The notes beneath the pieces are model-generated. The model saw only the letters and a list, made by a program, of their open reading frames with translations. It made no database searches and was not told where the DNA came from. This document shows positions 45,201-60,200 of a stretch of DNA of 64,000 bases, piece after piece; the stretch's first letter is position 1, and each line of letters starts with the position of its first letter. The translations under genes and the position numbers were made by a program. Source of the stretch: Lama guanicoe (lineage: Eukaryota); contig MU053561.1 of assembly GCA_013239625.1 (NCBI GenBank), positions 4,465,992 to 4,529,991 of the forward strand, in the 5' to 3' direction.

Positions 45201-48200
45201 AGGCCTCCAACAGCATTGCTACAGACCCATCATGACAAGCCAGCTGCATCATCACCTTCATCCTCCTCCTCCTCCTCATCATCATAACCAACTGGCCTAT
45301 TTCCATTTGCTCTTTATGGTGCATGAAGCCTCTGTTAACTTCTGCTTGTCATTCATCCTGGGGGTGCATGTGCTTTCTTATGGTGTTCAGGGAGAAATGA
45401 TACTATTTCTAGGGAACAGTTGGCGGCAGGGTGGGGAGGCATTCTCAGGCCATCAGATAGATGTACCTACTTCATGTTTTGTTTGTTCCTTCGTGGATCA
45501 TGGTGCTTGCCAAAAAACTAGGCATAGCATCCAAAAATGCTTTTTAGTTTCAGGAAGTGCTTGAGTCCAGTGAGACAAATAGATGCATGAAGTTCAGCCA
45601 ACACAGTGGGCTTCTCTGTTACTCTGCTGTGATGAGCCAGGTTTAAAAACTGGCTGACCTGACTGTTAGTGTTGATGAAGTTAGGAGTCAATTACTATCA
45701 TTTCCAATGTCTGCTTCAGCCATATGGTTTAAAATTTCCAATGTATCATTTACTATCATTTCCAACATATGTTAAATCATAGCATTTATCATTTCTTTAA
45801 TAGCCCAATGCTAACCCCAAATACCAAATATCTGTTTGATCAGTGCTATCAAATTATATCATTCAATTTAATCAGTTGTTTTATTTACCTTTAAAAATTG
45901 CTTTAAAAAAGCACTTCCACATACATTATCTCACTGGATGTCACAATAGCATAGTGAATGAGGTTTGGTGGGTAATAGTATTCCCACTTTATAGATAAGG
46001 AAATTGAAACAGAGGAAGGTGAAGGAGTTAGTAAGTGCAGTTAGTGAGTGAACACATTATACTTGCACTTATAATTGAGAACGTGCTATTTTGGAGATCT
46101 GTATAGACATTGATGGGGGCAGGAGTAGGGAAAGTTTTTCTGCATGCAGTTTGCCTTTTCATCATGTGAAAAATGTTTCTGTCTTCTACTGTTGTTCCAA
46201 ATATCTAGCTGTTTGCCATTCTCATTATTTGCTTACCTGCTCCTTTCTGGAAATACCAAGGGATTTTTAGAAGGATTAGAGGTAAAGACTATTCAGATGG
46301 AAATAATTGGGTATCTGGAAAATACAATGAAACTTAATAGAAAGACAGATACTTGATGGCCATCACCACTCTATATGATAAAACTGGTTCTCTTATATCC
46401 TGAGGGTCTTGACGTTGTTCATTACCAAGCTCAAAGTAACCCCTCCACCTGTTTTAATAATGGGAAAATTAAGGCATGTAAAAATGAGATTGGCTTTCCA
46501 AGGGTCATTCATTCTGGAAGGCCACATGTCCGCGAGAAATGAGACGCCCAACACTAGGCAGTAAATTTTAGTGATCCCTTTCCCTACCCGCCAGCATGTC
46601 ACCAAGTTGTCAGGATTTGAAAAAAATGAGGTTGTGATGTGTGACAGAAACACAATATCCGTCTTATGAAGAAGAAAGGCCCTTACATACACATTTATTT
46701 CTCAGAACTACTTAGATCGCTGGCTCTCTTTAGGAAGGAAAATGCCAAGGACCAGTAACCTTATCCACATCTTTAAAACTGTCAGAAAAATTCCACCAAC
46801 CTAATGGGAAGGACTGTGCTGCATGATTACAATGAAATCATACTTAGCCTTGCCAGAAACAAGTGATCTTATGTTAAGTGCTGGTCCTACAAGAGCCCAA
46901 TCCCGTCTTTAGGATCCTCCTAAATGTGCTATAAGAGTCTGACCTGTGTTTGTAAGAATGGATTTCCAAACTACCCACAGAGAAACCCACTGAAGACAGA
47001 GCAGGCATTAAGCTCTCTCATGTTTTTGGGATGCTGGCCAGAGAGCAGGGGAGCCGCGTACACAGGACAGTCCTTAGCACCATGCCTTACACACAGCAGA
47101 CACTCTCGGATGACTTCCAAGAAAGTGCTTCAATACTAATATGTGAAACCCTCTTTTAGAGGTTGATGCTGAAATGCGTAGCTTTGCTGAAAAGGTGTTT
47201 GCCTCTGAAGTTAAAGATGAGGGAGGCCGTCATGAGATTTCCCCGTTTGATGTGGATGAGATCTGTCCAATTTTTCATCATGAGATGCAAGCACACATGC
47301 TCCATTTGGAGGCTCAATCCACCTCCACAGAAGGCAGGAGGTAAGTGGTGGAAGGGGCACGCTTAGTACACTGGGACACAAGGAAGGGAAATTTGGGGGC
47401 AGATGCTTCAGTCTGTTTGAATGATGGTTCAACTCAGAGGAAAAACTTTGCCAGAGTTAAAAATCCCACCAGCCCAAACACTCACACTGTGTACTCTAAG
47501 AAAGAAGGAAACAGTGGCCTTCCTACCTTCATCCACATCTCCCTTTAGCTGAAGCCTCCCCATCCACCCAACCAGGAGGCGTGATCTACCACGTGATTGT
47601 TCCAAACCAAAGTGGGCTGATGGCCGCCCTGCACACACTCAATCTCCACACTACAGGTTTGGAAACCAGAGCCTCGTCTTTGGACTCTGTCTTTAACCAG
47701 CCTTAGTGTGTGCTCCCTGATATGAATCCTGCCCTCCAGCCAGTCTGATCTCCTCCAGGCCTCGGGGATACCATCCTCCATTTCTGCCCTCATGCCCTGT
47801 CCATCCTATGCCTATGATGCACAATTACCACTTTCCCTGAACAGATCCCCCTCCACAAAGTCTGTTTATTTTCCCTTATTTGAGCTACTCTAGTACTCAT
47901 TCACCACCTGTCACTACGTGCCACAGTTTAGTCCTCAGACCTATTACAGACCACTTACTTGGAACGTGCTCCCCACGGGCCTCCCCTCCCACCACCAGCT
48001 TCATGGGGATAAGATCATTCTGCTGTCCTTCTTTTGGTTTTATATCGTTAAGGAAAGACCAACAATCAACCTTCTTTGGCATCCCCCATATGACCTAATA
48101 TAGGGCTTGGGTCAAAGTAGAAACTTAATGAATACTTGTTGATTTGAGGACATAATGTAGATTAAACAACTTATGAGTTCCAGGTACTGTGCTAAGCATT

Positions 48201-51200
48201 TTATATGCATTACATCTCACAGAAATCCTATATGGTAGACGTTATGACACCATTTTTTTTCAGATAGAGAGACAGACGCTCACAGAATTTAAGGAATGTG
48301 CACTAAATGACACCGGTAGTAACTGACATCCCCTGTGCTTACTGCAGTGCCCAGGCTGCCTGTTCTGTTAGGAGTGGACCTCCTGGGAAGACCAGTGTCA
48401 CGCTGAAAGTCTGCTAGTATGTTCCCTAAGTCCACTCTTCCAAGGTCTACAGGGAAGAAGGGAACACTACAGCATGATACCTCCCCCTATTTGGTTGGAT
48501 CCCGTTTCTGACACTCAGCCCACATTTGATGTTTGTCCTGAAAATGAAATTTTATAGTGAAACATCAATTTATCACAATGAAACTCCCAGTGAAGATAAA
48601 GTTAACTCTTTTTATTTTTCCATTTCAAACCCAGAAAAAAGCGTTTCTTTGGACGGAAGACTATCAGTTTGTCTGTTCCACAAAGTGAAACAACTTCCAC
48701 CCAGTTGTCCCGCATTGATGAATACATTTCTTCATCTCCCACCTACCAGACCGTGCCTGATTTTCAGCGAGTGCAGATCACTGGCGATTATGCCTCTGGG
48801 GTGAGTTGCTCCTTGCCCCTCAGATGTAGCTGCTGGGAAGATACTCAGCTTGATTGTTTCAGCTTCTTCTCCTCCTCCCTGTCCTTTTGAGGAAGCTGCT
48901 AACTCATCTGCCCTTTGTTATACTTCATTATTGCATTTCAATACCAATATGCTTTGACTTATATTTCTGTTTTGCTTTTATCACCCTACATAATTTCTCC
49001 TCCTTTGTCTCATTTGCTTGCACATGAGAGTGTGCAGTAGAATGTGGTGTATGTGTTACAGAATACAGCGGACGGGTTTTGGCAAAAGAACCAGAGAGAG
49101 CAAGCAGGTGGACTAGCCTCACTGAGGGCATCGTAGAGCAGGATCAGGGAGGCACAGGGGGACACAGGGAGGGGGCTCTTGGTGAAAGATGGACCCAGAG
49201 AAGACCTAGAATAGAGGGAAGGGCTGTAGGTAATGTAAACCAATCAGAGAAAACAGATCAGGAGAAAGAGAGGGAGAAGAGAAGAATGGAGAGGCCAGAG
49301 AAAAGATGAGAGGTTAGAACATTCAAATGGGGCTACTGTTTTTCCACCCACTGTCCTCTCCAATTTCACTGCAGATGCTTTCACAGTAGATTACTGCTTG
49401 GAACAGACTCTAGGATGACACACAGATAGTAAACTCATGTTGCAAACAACTTGAACTGCTTGTCTTTTCCAGAACAGTTGGTCAATTAATAAATCTCTGC
49501 CACATGGACTTGCAAAATCAGCATCATATTGTTGAAACTGCTGTTTAGCCATCAGTCTATGCTCCAAATATAGTTTTTACGACCAGTCCTAAGCCCCCTT
49601 ATCATGTAACCAACCCACTTAAGGTCAGTCCTAAGATATTTAAAACTGACAAAGTAGCCAGGGGAGGGTATAGCTCAGTGGTAGAGCACATGCTTAGCAT
49701 GCACAAGGTCCTGAGTTCAATCCCCAGTACCTCCATTTAAAAAAAATTAAATAAGTAAATAAACCTAACTACTTCCCCCCACCAAAAGAAAAGTGACAGA
49801 GCAATGAAATGAGCATTTGTTCACTTCATTTTCTGTGTGATAACGGTGCTCTACAAATGGCAGGGGGTTTAGATACTAAACAACTGAAATGAAATGTTTA
49901 ATAACAACAAAAAATAACAAATTTTGGAGAAGTCCAAGAGTTTAAAAAATCCCACAAGTATTAGGAGACAAACTTGATACCTATATGCTTGGTGGAAATG
50001 AAAACGAATAAAAAGAAAGAAGATGAAAGGACAGACAAAGTTCACAGACGTCAGGGAGTAGCTTCTCCTCCTATGAAGGCTGGAGGGTACCTGAAAACTT
50101 GGCCTGGAGTCTTTGAAGAACCAAGTATGTTGCCACATCTGTTGACTGAATGTGGCCGAGCTGCTGAATAACACTCCACCTGGTTGCAGTCTGTACCCGA
50201 ATCAATCTTCACCCTTGTAACTGAACAGAGAGGTAAAGGGGGAATTATCCCTGATAAACAACTGATTCACCTACTCTGTGCCAGGCATAGTGTGCTGAGT
50301 GCTGAGCACATGAAGGTGAATAAGATCCAGCTCTTGTTCTGGAGGAGCTGATAGACTGGTGACCCATTAGGTGGAAAAGGCACAAGCAAGCCGTTGGACA
50401 CAGGCCCTCAGACTAGCGCCTGTGCCAGACTCTCTTGGCCAAGGCCAGCAGGTCTTTAAAAAGAGTCCAGCTGATTAGGATCGCTGTCTGGACCTCCAGC
50501 CACTGGGAACAAGCTTACATTGGTCCCAGAAGGTCTTGGGGCTCCAATGATGAGCATTCAGTGATTTCAAGTGACAACTGCCTGGGCATGCCAGGCCCAG
50601 CCAGGATGCCGGGATGGGACAAGGGAAATGGACCAGTTAAAAAATTTCCAGCAATTCTAAGAAAATTTTACTTTAGAACCTCACTGATTTTAGTCACAGA
50701 TAAAGTTCTCATCAAAACCATCCCAAAGAATGGCTTCTCACAGGATGGTGTCCTGATCCATCGACAGCTACAGAGGGCAGTGCATGACTGAAAGGGCTTC
50801 AGGGATGTGTGACAGCTTATTCATCCCCCAGTGTTTCCCTCACTGACCAGCAGGTGGTTGGACTTCTCAAATCAGAGCAGCATTGTCTTTCAGTTGAGAT
50901 ACTGTCTTCAGAAGCCCATACTTAAAATATCCTTGTGTTACCTGGAAGCAATATTTTCCATGTTACAATGGGTTCTCTTAATCGTATTTATTAGACAATC
51001 GCTGCTATCTAGCAAAAACCAAAAAGCAAACACAGGACTGTAAGGGAAGACTTGTAGGACAGATTCATTTTGGTAGAAATAGAAGACAGAAAAACTCCAG
51101 GACTTGCTCCTGGGAGGAGACCCAGGGCCTGTGTCAAGTGGGAAGCCCCTCTGTGGGTAGGGGAGACTCAGCAGGGGCTGCGACGCCCAGAAGAGCTGGG

Positions 51201-54200
51201 AGGTGCCCAGACTAGCTTTACCTCCTTCTCGAATTTTTGTAGGAACAACTCTGAAACTCGAATTTTCTTGACAGGTTACAGTAGAAGACTTTGAAATGGT
51301 CTGCAAAGGTCTTTACCGGGCATTGTGCATACGGGAGAAGTATATGCAGAAGTCGTTTCAGAGGTTTCCTAAAACCCCTACCAAGTACTTGAGGAACATT
51401 GAGGGAGTGGCTTGGGTGGCAAACGAGAGCTTCTATCCGGGTAAGGCATTTTTGTTTATAATATCTGGAATATAGCTTTAGGTTCAACTACTAATTATTA
51501 AATGTGCCCCATGATTATAAATAACCCAGTTTTATAATATCATGGTCACCTTTGGCTTCATTCTCTCTCCTGCCCACGTGTCCTTTCGCTGGGTTCAGCC
51601 TGTACAATATCTCTCAGAACCTCCTCTCTTCACCATTCCCCAAATCCTAATTTAGGCCTATATTTCTCCTTATCCAGATTATTACAATAGCTTCCTAACT
51701 ACTCTGTTAAATTCTAACCTCACTCCCTTTCGGTTCATCCTCACTTTGGTGCCAGTTATTATAACATGGAGCTGAGCACCTCCTTGTCCTGACAAAACCT
51801 TCAACTGCTCCCCAATTACCTACAAAATTAAGTGCAATCTGTAGCCTGGCATTCAAGGCCTACCACCATCTGGCCTCCTAACTATGATTTATTTATCTAC
51901 TATGTGTTTATTTTTGGACTTGTACACTCTTTCTATTTTTAAACTGAGCTCCTTTACCTTTAAACTCTTTTTTTCTGGTTGGAAGTGTATCCTGTTCTGC
52001 ATTTGGCTCAGCACATTCCTGTCCCTGTACTGTTGCCATGCTGTTCCCTGTGCCATACTGCCCTTCCCTTCACTTTTTCACTGTATGCGCAGATGTCCAG
52101 GTCCAATCTCACCCTTCAAGGTGCAGCCCAAACATTATCATTTCCTGCCTTCCACGGACCTCCAGATAAAAGTAAACTACGTGTTTCGACTTTCCAAAGC
52201 ACTTTACTTACGTATCTCACTTTTTACTTTGCTTGTATAAAGTCAAGTACATATTTAAAAAGAATCAGATTTTAATAATTTCACAGATTACTGTTGTGTT
52301 ATTGATCATAATTCATATAACCAATTCCTATTTTTAGGCATTTATATTTCTGACTTATAAAAATTTATTTCCAACAAGGCTACAGTGAGCATCTTTATGT
52401 AAATATCTTTGTGCAGTTTCTTTATATCTTTGGGATTATACTTCTAGGATTGAAATTTCAGGGAAGGCAAATATTTAAGGTCTCTGAAAGATCTAATTGT
52501 TATGTTGTTGAAGATTCCCAGTTCTAAAACTTCCTCTATTTCCTTTTAATATTAAAATCATATTAAACATGTATTCAGTTTGATAACTTATAAAATTGGT
52601 TTGTTTATCTTCTATAATGTTGACATTTAGGGTGTTTGTCCTGCCTTTGTTCCTTCTAAATTATACTTTATCTCTCTAGTATATTTAAGAATAGGGACTC
52701 AAAAGCTGTTATTTGACATAGCAATATATTGTTTCACTCTTTTCCTTACCTATCAGTTTTGGATGAAAATGTGTGCAAACTCTCTTTCTATATTATTTTT
52801 CTCACTCTGGCTGTTGTAGTCATCATTTGCAAACAGGAGATTTTTCTGATGCCTTGGGCACATACTTGTTGAAAATAAAAGGAGGGCTTAAAAAACTGTG
52901 ACTGGGTGGAATTTGTTCTTGGCCTTCTGAAATTGAAATTGTAAGCAGTGGAAAGAAAGGGACCTTTGTCTACATTATCCCTTCTTCAATCCTTTCGCAA
53001 AAATTGTGTGTGCTTTAGAAGGTAGGGAAAGATAATTATAATAGGAATTACAATTCTTACAATAGGAATTTATTTTATATTTCCATTTATATTAAAACCA
53101 CTCTAGGTGGAGCACAGAGGATGTTAGGGCAGTGAGACTATTCTGTATGATATCATGATGGTGGATACATGTCATTAGATACTTGTCAAAACTCATGGAA
53201 TGCACACCACCAAGAGTGAACCCTAATATAAACTATGGACTTTGGATGATAATGATGTGTCTATGTAGGTTCATTAGTTGTAACAAATGTACCACTCTGG
53301 TTTGAGATGTTGATGGCGGGAAGGCTGTGCATGTGTGTGTATAGACGCATAGAGAATTCTGCACTTGGTGCTCAGTTTTGCTCTGAACCTAAAACTGCTT
53401 TAAAAAAAAATTGTCTGTTAAAAAAATAACCCTTCTAGATGGGGAGAGGAATACCTCCGTGGTAGAACGCATGCTTAGCATGCATGAGGTCTTGGGTTCA
53501 ATCCCCAGGACCTCCGTTAAAAAACAAACAAACAAAACAAAACAAAACAAAACAAAAAAACCACTATAAATTAAGACAAATAGAGAAGGTTGGTTTACTC
53601 CTTAACTGTAGTTTTACTTTTATTTCTATGCAATTACCTCATAAGTTAATACAAGGCTCCAAACAGGAAGTCTTGGATAACCAACTTTATTAAAGAATTA
53701 AAATTATTTGTAAATAGTATAGCAATTAGATAAAGAGCACTTCTAAAGAACTTGAAAGTCATTCTTACCCTAGATGAAATATTATAGTTATTTTATGCTA
53801 CCAGTTTGGTCACCTTTGAAAAACTGTAAAAATCAACTTCAGCTTAGCTCTGGATAGTTACAACTTACATCGTACAGAATTCCAAACAAACAAGACCTTA
53901 CAGTGTTTAATTTTGGCTATTTTTATGTGATCATTCATCCTGTGTGCTGATATATTACTGTGTGTGTCGTCGAAAAAGTCTTTACCCCTCCCGTGAAGAA
54001 GGGAGAAGACCCCTTCCGAACAGATAACCTCCCGGAAGACCTGGGTTATCGCCTCCGAATGAAGGACGGTGTGGTTTACGTCTACCCGAATGAAGAAGCC
54101 GCCAGCAAAGATGAGCCTAAGCCGCTTCCTTACTCAAATCTGGACACCTTCTTAGATGATATGAATTTTTTACTTGCTTTGATTGCCCAAGGACCTGTGT

Positions 54201-57200
54201 AAGTGTTAGGACCTACACTACTGCTGCTATTACTGCTCCTAATAAGTGTTTAAATAAGTGTTTATTAAGTGCTTGCTGAGTTCAAACACCCTGTGAAACA
54301 CTTCATGTACATTATTTCTTTGACTCCTTATAATCGTATACGGGGTGGGTATTTTTATAATTCCAGATTTATAAGCTGAGACTTTGTCAAGTTAAAGAAA
54401 GTCACGCAGGTGGCTAAGCCAGGATTCGAGCCCAAATCTGCCAGCTCCAAAGCCAGGGTCCTTAACCTTGAGGGGCAATGTCTTTCTGATGTTTAAATGC
54501 CTTCCCAAACCCTCCCTCATTATTGTGTCCAACTTTGATGAAATGATTAAGCCCTTGGAGCCCAATATTTTTCAAATTAAATTAACTGCAGAGGAAGCCA
54601 AAACGTTTGTTCATTTTGAAACACATAATTGTTTCCTACAGGTGATAAGGGTCCTGATGGTTTTGTAATTATGACTGTTTTCCTTAAATGTTGGGAATTT
54701 TTTTAGAATGTGATTTAATTTTTCACAGTAAGACCTATACCCACCGGCGCCTGAAGTTCCTCTCCTCCAAGTTCCAGGTCCATCAGATGCTCAACGAGAT
54801 GGACGAGTTGAAGGAGCTGAAGAACAACCCCCACCGGGATTTTTACAACTGCAGGAAGGTAAACATAGTCTCTGCTCGGAGGTCATTCCCGGACAAAAAC
54901 GTTAACCCAGTCAAGAAAAGTACTGTTTTTCCGATTAATGTTAAGACTTCTGCAGGTTCAGTGCAATTTTAGTGAAAGCAGATAGATTATGTCTAAAAGA
55001 TTAAAATGCATTTCTACTGTTTTCCACATAGAAAGGTGTATCTCATTCTTGACCTAAAATTACAGTTATCATCAACGACAAAAATAGCAAAAACAAATTA
55101 AACCGTAAAAACCACTGTTCTAGGATTTGGAAGATCTTCATTCTAGCCCTTTTTCGTCTACTTCCTGCCTCTAAGACATTGGGGGAAGTGATTAAATATC
55201 TCTGAGTTTCGGTTTCCTCATTTGTAAAGCTGGGGAAATGATCTGCTCAGTCTAGCTCACAAGAGGATTGTGAATATCAAATGAGCTAACGGTTGTGGAA
55301 AACTATTCAACTAGAAACACTTTCAAGATGTGTTCTGACCATTTAAGTGATTGCAAGGAAGTGGGAGCAGAGATTCAGGACCAAATCCTGGCTTAGCCAC
55401 TTGTATAACCTTGGGCAAATTAATTAATCTATCAGAACTTCCTCTTAGAAAATTATAATTATAAGAACATCTAACTCGTAAGTGCCATTGCTGTGCCATG
55501 CCTTCATCATTCCAATCCTTTCTCCCTTTGGGGTGGAAAGCTGTGGTAGCTGCTTCACTTCAGTTGCATCTCAGGAGTGGAGAATTGTCCCCCCAAATTT
55601 TGTGTGGATTAAATGTAGGAAGTAAACTGGATGTATAGATATCCAAGAGACACAGGCATATTATTGCATCCAGCCTAAACTTTCACATCTGGCAAGAGTA
55701 CAAAAAAGTGCTGTGGGTTCTTTTCTGCTGGGCCACCTCCCCCAGCTGTCAGTTCACACCCTGTCATTTACTCCTTTCTGCCATCACAGTGGGATTTGCA
55801 GGCACTGTAGCCTCTAACAGAGCAGCATAACTAAGGCTGATTGCTGGTTTCTCTCTTTCTGAATGTACATACAGGTGGACACCCACATCCATGCAGCTGC
55901 TTGCATGAACCAGAAACACCTGCTGCGCTTTATTAAGAAATCTTACCAAATTGATGCTGACAGAGTGGTCTGCAGTACCAAGGAGAAAAAGCTGACCCTA
56001 AAGGAACTTTTTGCTAAATTAAAAATGCATCCCTATGACCTGACTGTGGATTCTCTGGATGTTCATGCTGTAGGTTGAAAAGATAATGTCAGTTTTATCT
56101 GATACTCAGAACCCCACATGTCTTTCTCCTACAAACTCTCCCTTTGCAGAGCCCTCTTAACCATGTTGGTAAGCACCATGCCGACTCAAAGCACCCACAG
56201 ACAATTTGGGGAGTTCTTTCATTGTCACTGGTGCTGGGTTCCATTCTTGGAGCCCAACCCCTTCCCCTGCTACCAGGCCCCCATTCCTCAAGGCCATTCC
56301 CTGACTCTCTGTGTCCAAGCAGCTCTGATAATTATAGACTTGTGATCCTGTTTCCTGATGCAGGGACGTCAGACTTTCCAGCGTTTTGATAAGTTCAACG
56401 ACAAATACAATCCTGTAGGAGCAAGTGAGCTACGGGATCTCTACCTGAAGACAGACAATTACATTAATGGGGAATATTTTGCCACTATCATCAAGGTGAG
56501 GAGGAACCAACCAGATCTATGGTACCTGGCCTGGTTCTTAAGGAAGGGGAGGAAGAGAGGGAAGAAAGGAAGGAAGGACAGAAGGGGAGGGGAGGGGAGG
56601 GAAATAGGAAAGTGCTATCCTTGGAGTCAAGCACCACACAGATGAATATGATCATTTCTTCTGAAACATCCACTGTAATAATTTAAAAAGACCTTGATTC
56701 CTAGGATAGAGAAGCTAACAGTATGGATTTGGGATTAAGGACTAGGCTCTTTCAGGCTTTGGGAATTGGAAGTTCAGGAAGAGTCAAGATCAGAATCCAC
56801 CCTCATCTTCAGGGTGCATCAGGAGGCAGGAACGATATGTAGGGTTGGGAGGTGTGTGTTTGGGAGACAGGGGACGTGTAGAAAGCGGAGTTTCTTTTGC
56901 AGTAGTGCCTTGGGATCTCATCATGCTTAGTCTGCCTTTTTTCCTCTGTAGACTCCACTCTATCCTATCAGTCTTTTATCTCAACTAGATTCCCCTCACC
57001 TCTCAATCTAACTGTGATGGTTTTCCTCTGCCTTCCTTTCACATTTCCTCTGTTCTTCTTAGTATCCCTCTCCTCTCCCTAGACCCCACAGGTTTAGACC
57101 CCTGAGGGGCCTGTAGGAATTCCTGGCTTTGGACTCCTCTCTTGGCTTTGCAGGAGGTAGGTGCAGACTTGGTGGACGCCAAGTACCAGCATGCTGAGCC

Positions 57201-60200
57201 CCGCCTGTCAATCTACGGCCGCAGTCCTGATGAGTGGAGCAAACTCTCCACCTGGTTCGTCCAAAACCGCATCCACTGCCCCAACATGACATGGATGATC
57301 CAGGTCCCCAGGATCTAGTATGTACCAGCCCATTGGAAACCCTAAAGCCTGCCTTCATCCCACCTGCCTCACCTTCTCCACACAAACAAGCAACATGCAG
57401 CACATCTGTACAGAAATAAGTTTTGTTAAACAGTGCTCAGTCCTGGGTGCCTGGTTTTGTCCACTCTCGGTTCAGCACTCCCGATCAGAGACAGGAGTTA
57501 GGAAGATCACTTCAGTTTAGTTTCCTAACCAGGTTTTTTGGTTTTGTTTTTTAAAACAGGACTTTATGCACATCACAAAATAACTTATTGGGAATGATTA
57601 AAACTTAGCTAGGATAAGAACTTTTTATTATATACTTAAGTATACATTTTATTATTTGTACCTCTTAATCCTGCACCCCTATATTGGCCCTCCCTCCTTT
57701 CCTCTCCCTACTGATAACTACTACTTTGTTCTCTGTATCTGTGAGTCTGCTTCTTTTTTGTTATATTCACTAGTTTGTTGTACTTTTTAGATTCCATATA
57801 TAAGTGATATCATACAGTATTTCTCTTTCTCTGACTTATTTCACCTAGCATAATGCCCTTCAAGTCCCTCTGTATTGCTGCAAATGGCAAAATTTCATTC
57901 TTTTTATGACTGAGTACTATTCCATTGTGTGTCTATAAACACACACACACACAATCACATCTTTATCCATTCATCTGTTGATGGACACCTAGGTTGGTTC
58001 CATATCCTGGCAATTGTAAATAATTTTATTATACATTTTATTATATATTTTCTTTCTCCTGTTCTTCCTCTCTGGGTCCAGTTCCTTCTTTCCCGAGCAC
58101 ATCCGTACTGAGGTGTAGCTTTCTTGTATCAGAACCTCTACCACTGTCTGCCGATTGTCTCATCTACAAGTACGCAAGTTCTCCTTAATCAACAAGTATT
58201 TATCAATGGTATTATCATCTGCTAATTACCCATTGCCCTCAGGGATGTTCATATCATTGATCTTTTATCTAACTTAAGTGTTTATAAATTGTCTGGCCAC
58301 CTGCCTCTGTGTTCTGTGTGTCCTGTGACAATGCAAGAGTTTTATCCTGTCTCTAGTCAAAAAAGTAAATTTTTGATTGGGGTAAAACTTCCTGTCTAAT
58401 ATCATGAAGGCAGAGAGGCAGTACAGTGTGGTGGTTAGGCGCATGGGCCTTGGAACTGGACTGACTATGCTTGAATCCTGTCTCTACCACTTACTAGCTG
58501 TGTGACCTTAGGCAATTTACCTAAGACCTAAGACCTCTCTGTGCCTTAGTTTCATTGTCTTTAAAAATGAGGTCATAACCACACCTAATTTATTGAGTTG
58601 CTATGAGGATTAAATCAGCTAATATTTCTGGCCACTTAGAAGAGTGGATGGCATATATTGAGTGCTGTGTAAGAGTTTATTAGATTGTCCCTGGCTACAG
58701 AGGTGTTCAGAGGTGTTCTTGATAACTGTTTCATGCTCACCATCTTGTGTACCACACACATACAAGTCATTGGACCTTTTATGACACAATTCCTCTACTC
58801 CTCATTCTCTATCTGGACTTAGCTGTGAAGGCTAAGTTTTCTTACCACAGAGGGTCTGTAGAAGAGCTGGAGGCATGGGATTCAGCAAGAAATTTCTACC
58901 TGTTATGCCAAACCCAAACTGAACTCCTTTTTAAGGGTAACCAAGAAGAGTGTAACAGAGTGGACCTAGGATAGACATGCTAGGATTTTTCCTGCATATG
59001 GTGTTTGGTCCTCTGCTTCCCTTAGAAGCAGTCAGTCCAAAAAACTTTTCCCCCAAAATCCTCTTCATTCTTGCTTCTAGTGATGTGTTCCGATCTAAGA
59101 ACTTCCTTCCACACTTTGGAAAGATGCTGGAGAATGTTTTCATGCCAGTGTTTGAGGCTACCATCAACCCCAAGGCTCACCCAGACCTCAGTGTCTTCCT
59201 CAAGCATGTAAGCATGACCCGGAGGCCTTCCTATGGCTACACACGAACCAGCCCTCCTACCTAGCCATGGTTAATTCTCTATGCTTATCTCTGACATTTG
59301 GTCCTTGCCTTTGGCAGCTGAAAGTTTGTTTGAGGGGTGGGACCCTGCACTCAGACTGAACCCATCACTCAGCTCACTCTCCCTGACAGATTACTGGCTT
59401 CGACAGTGTGGATGATGAATCCAAACACAGTGGCCACATGTTCTCTTCCAAGAGCCCCAAGCCCCAGGAGTGGACAATGGAGAAGAATCCATCTTACACT
59501 TACTATACCTACTACATGTATGCGAACATCATGGTGCTCAATAGCCTGAGACAGTAAGTAGACGGGAACTGGAGCTCGAAGGAGAATCTCTGTGACACAT
59601 CTCTGTCCTCCCACATCAGCATCCTAGGTGGTCCAGGGCCTGCACTGCCTTGCTGGAATGCTTCCAAGTGCCCAGAGCAGAAACTTCCTTCCCTTGATTT
59701 TTTTGTTCGGTTTCTCTATTTTGGGGCAGGAATGGACATTTTGGAAACTTCAGTAACTTTCACGGTTCCTTTTCTTTGGAAGTTTAGGAATTTACACTTA
59801 TCACTATGCAATTTAGTATAAAGTTCCATACATTTTACCCTTCTTGATATATCTGGATAAGGAATAAATAGAGGAATATTATAATGAGATTTTCTGGAAA
59901 CAGTTCCCCACTAAAGTGTGAGTAGGAGAAACGATGATAGAGTGATATTGGTAAATTTCAGGTGGAAACTGAGGATGTTTCTGTTCAGGTAATCAAATCT
60001 TAACCTTCCTCCATACCCTCATATCCTCTATTGCCTCCTTTTAAAAAGTCTGTGCTTAGGAAGAATTAAGGTTATGATTTGGAATTGCCAGTTTTGTTGA
60101 ATCCTTTGGCTGCCCCATTCTCTTTCAAAGTATTAATTTTTTTCTGCCGGATTTTCTTGTAAGTCACTCTATGCCCAGAGTTGTTGCCAAGTCCTAGTTG

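Noticed and set aside
45232..45564. His/Pro-rich ORF
   Set aside because: Product of a (CAT/CCT)n low-complexity tract in AMPD1 intron 2.
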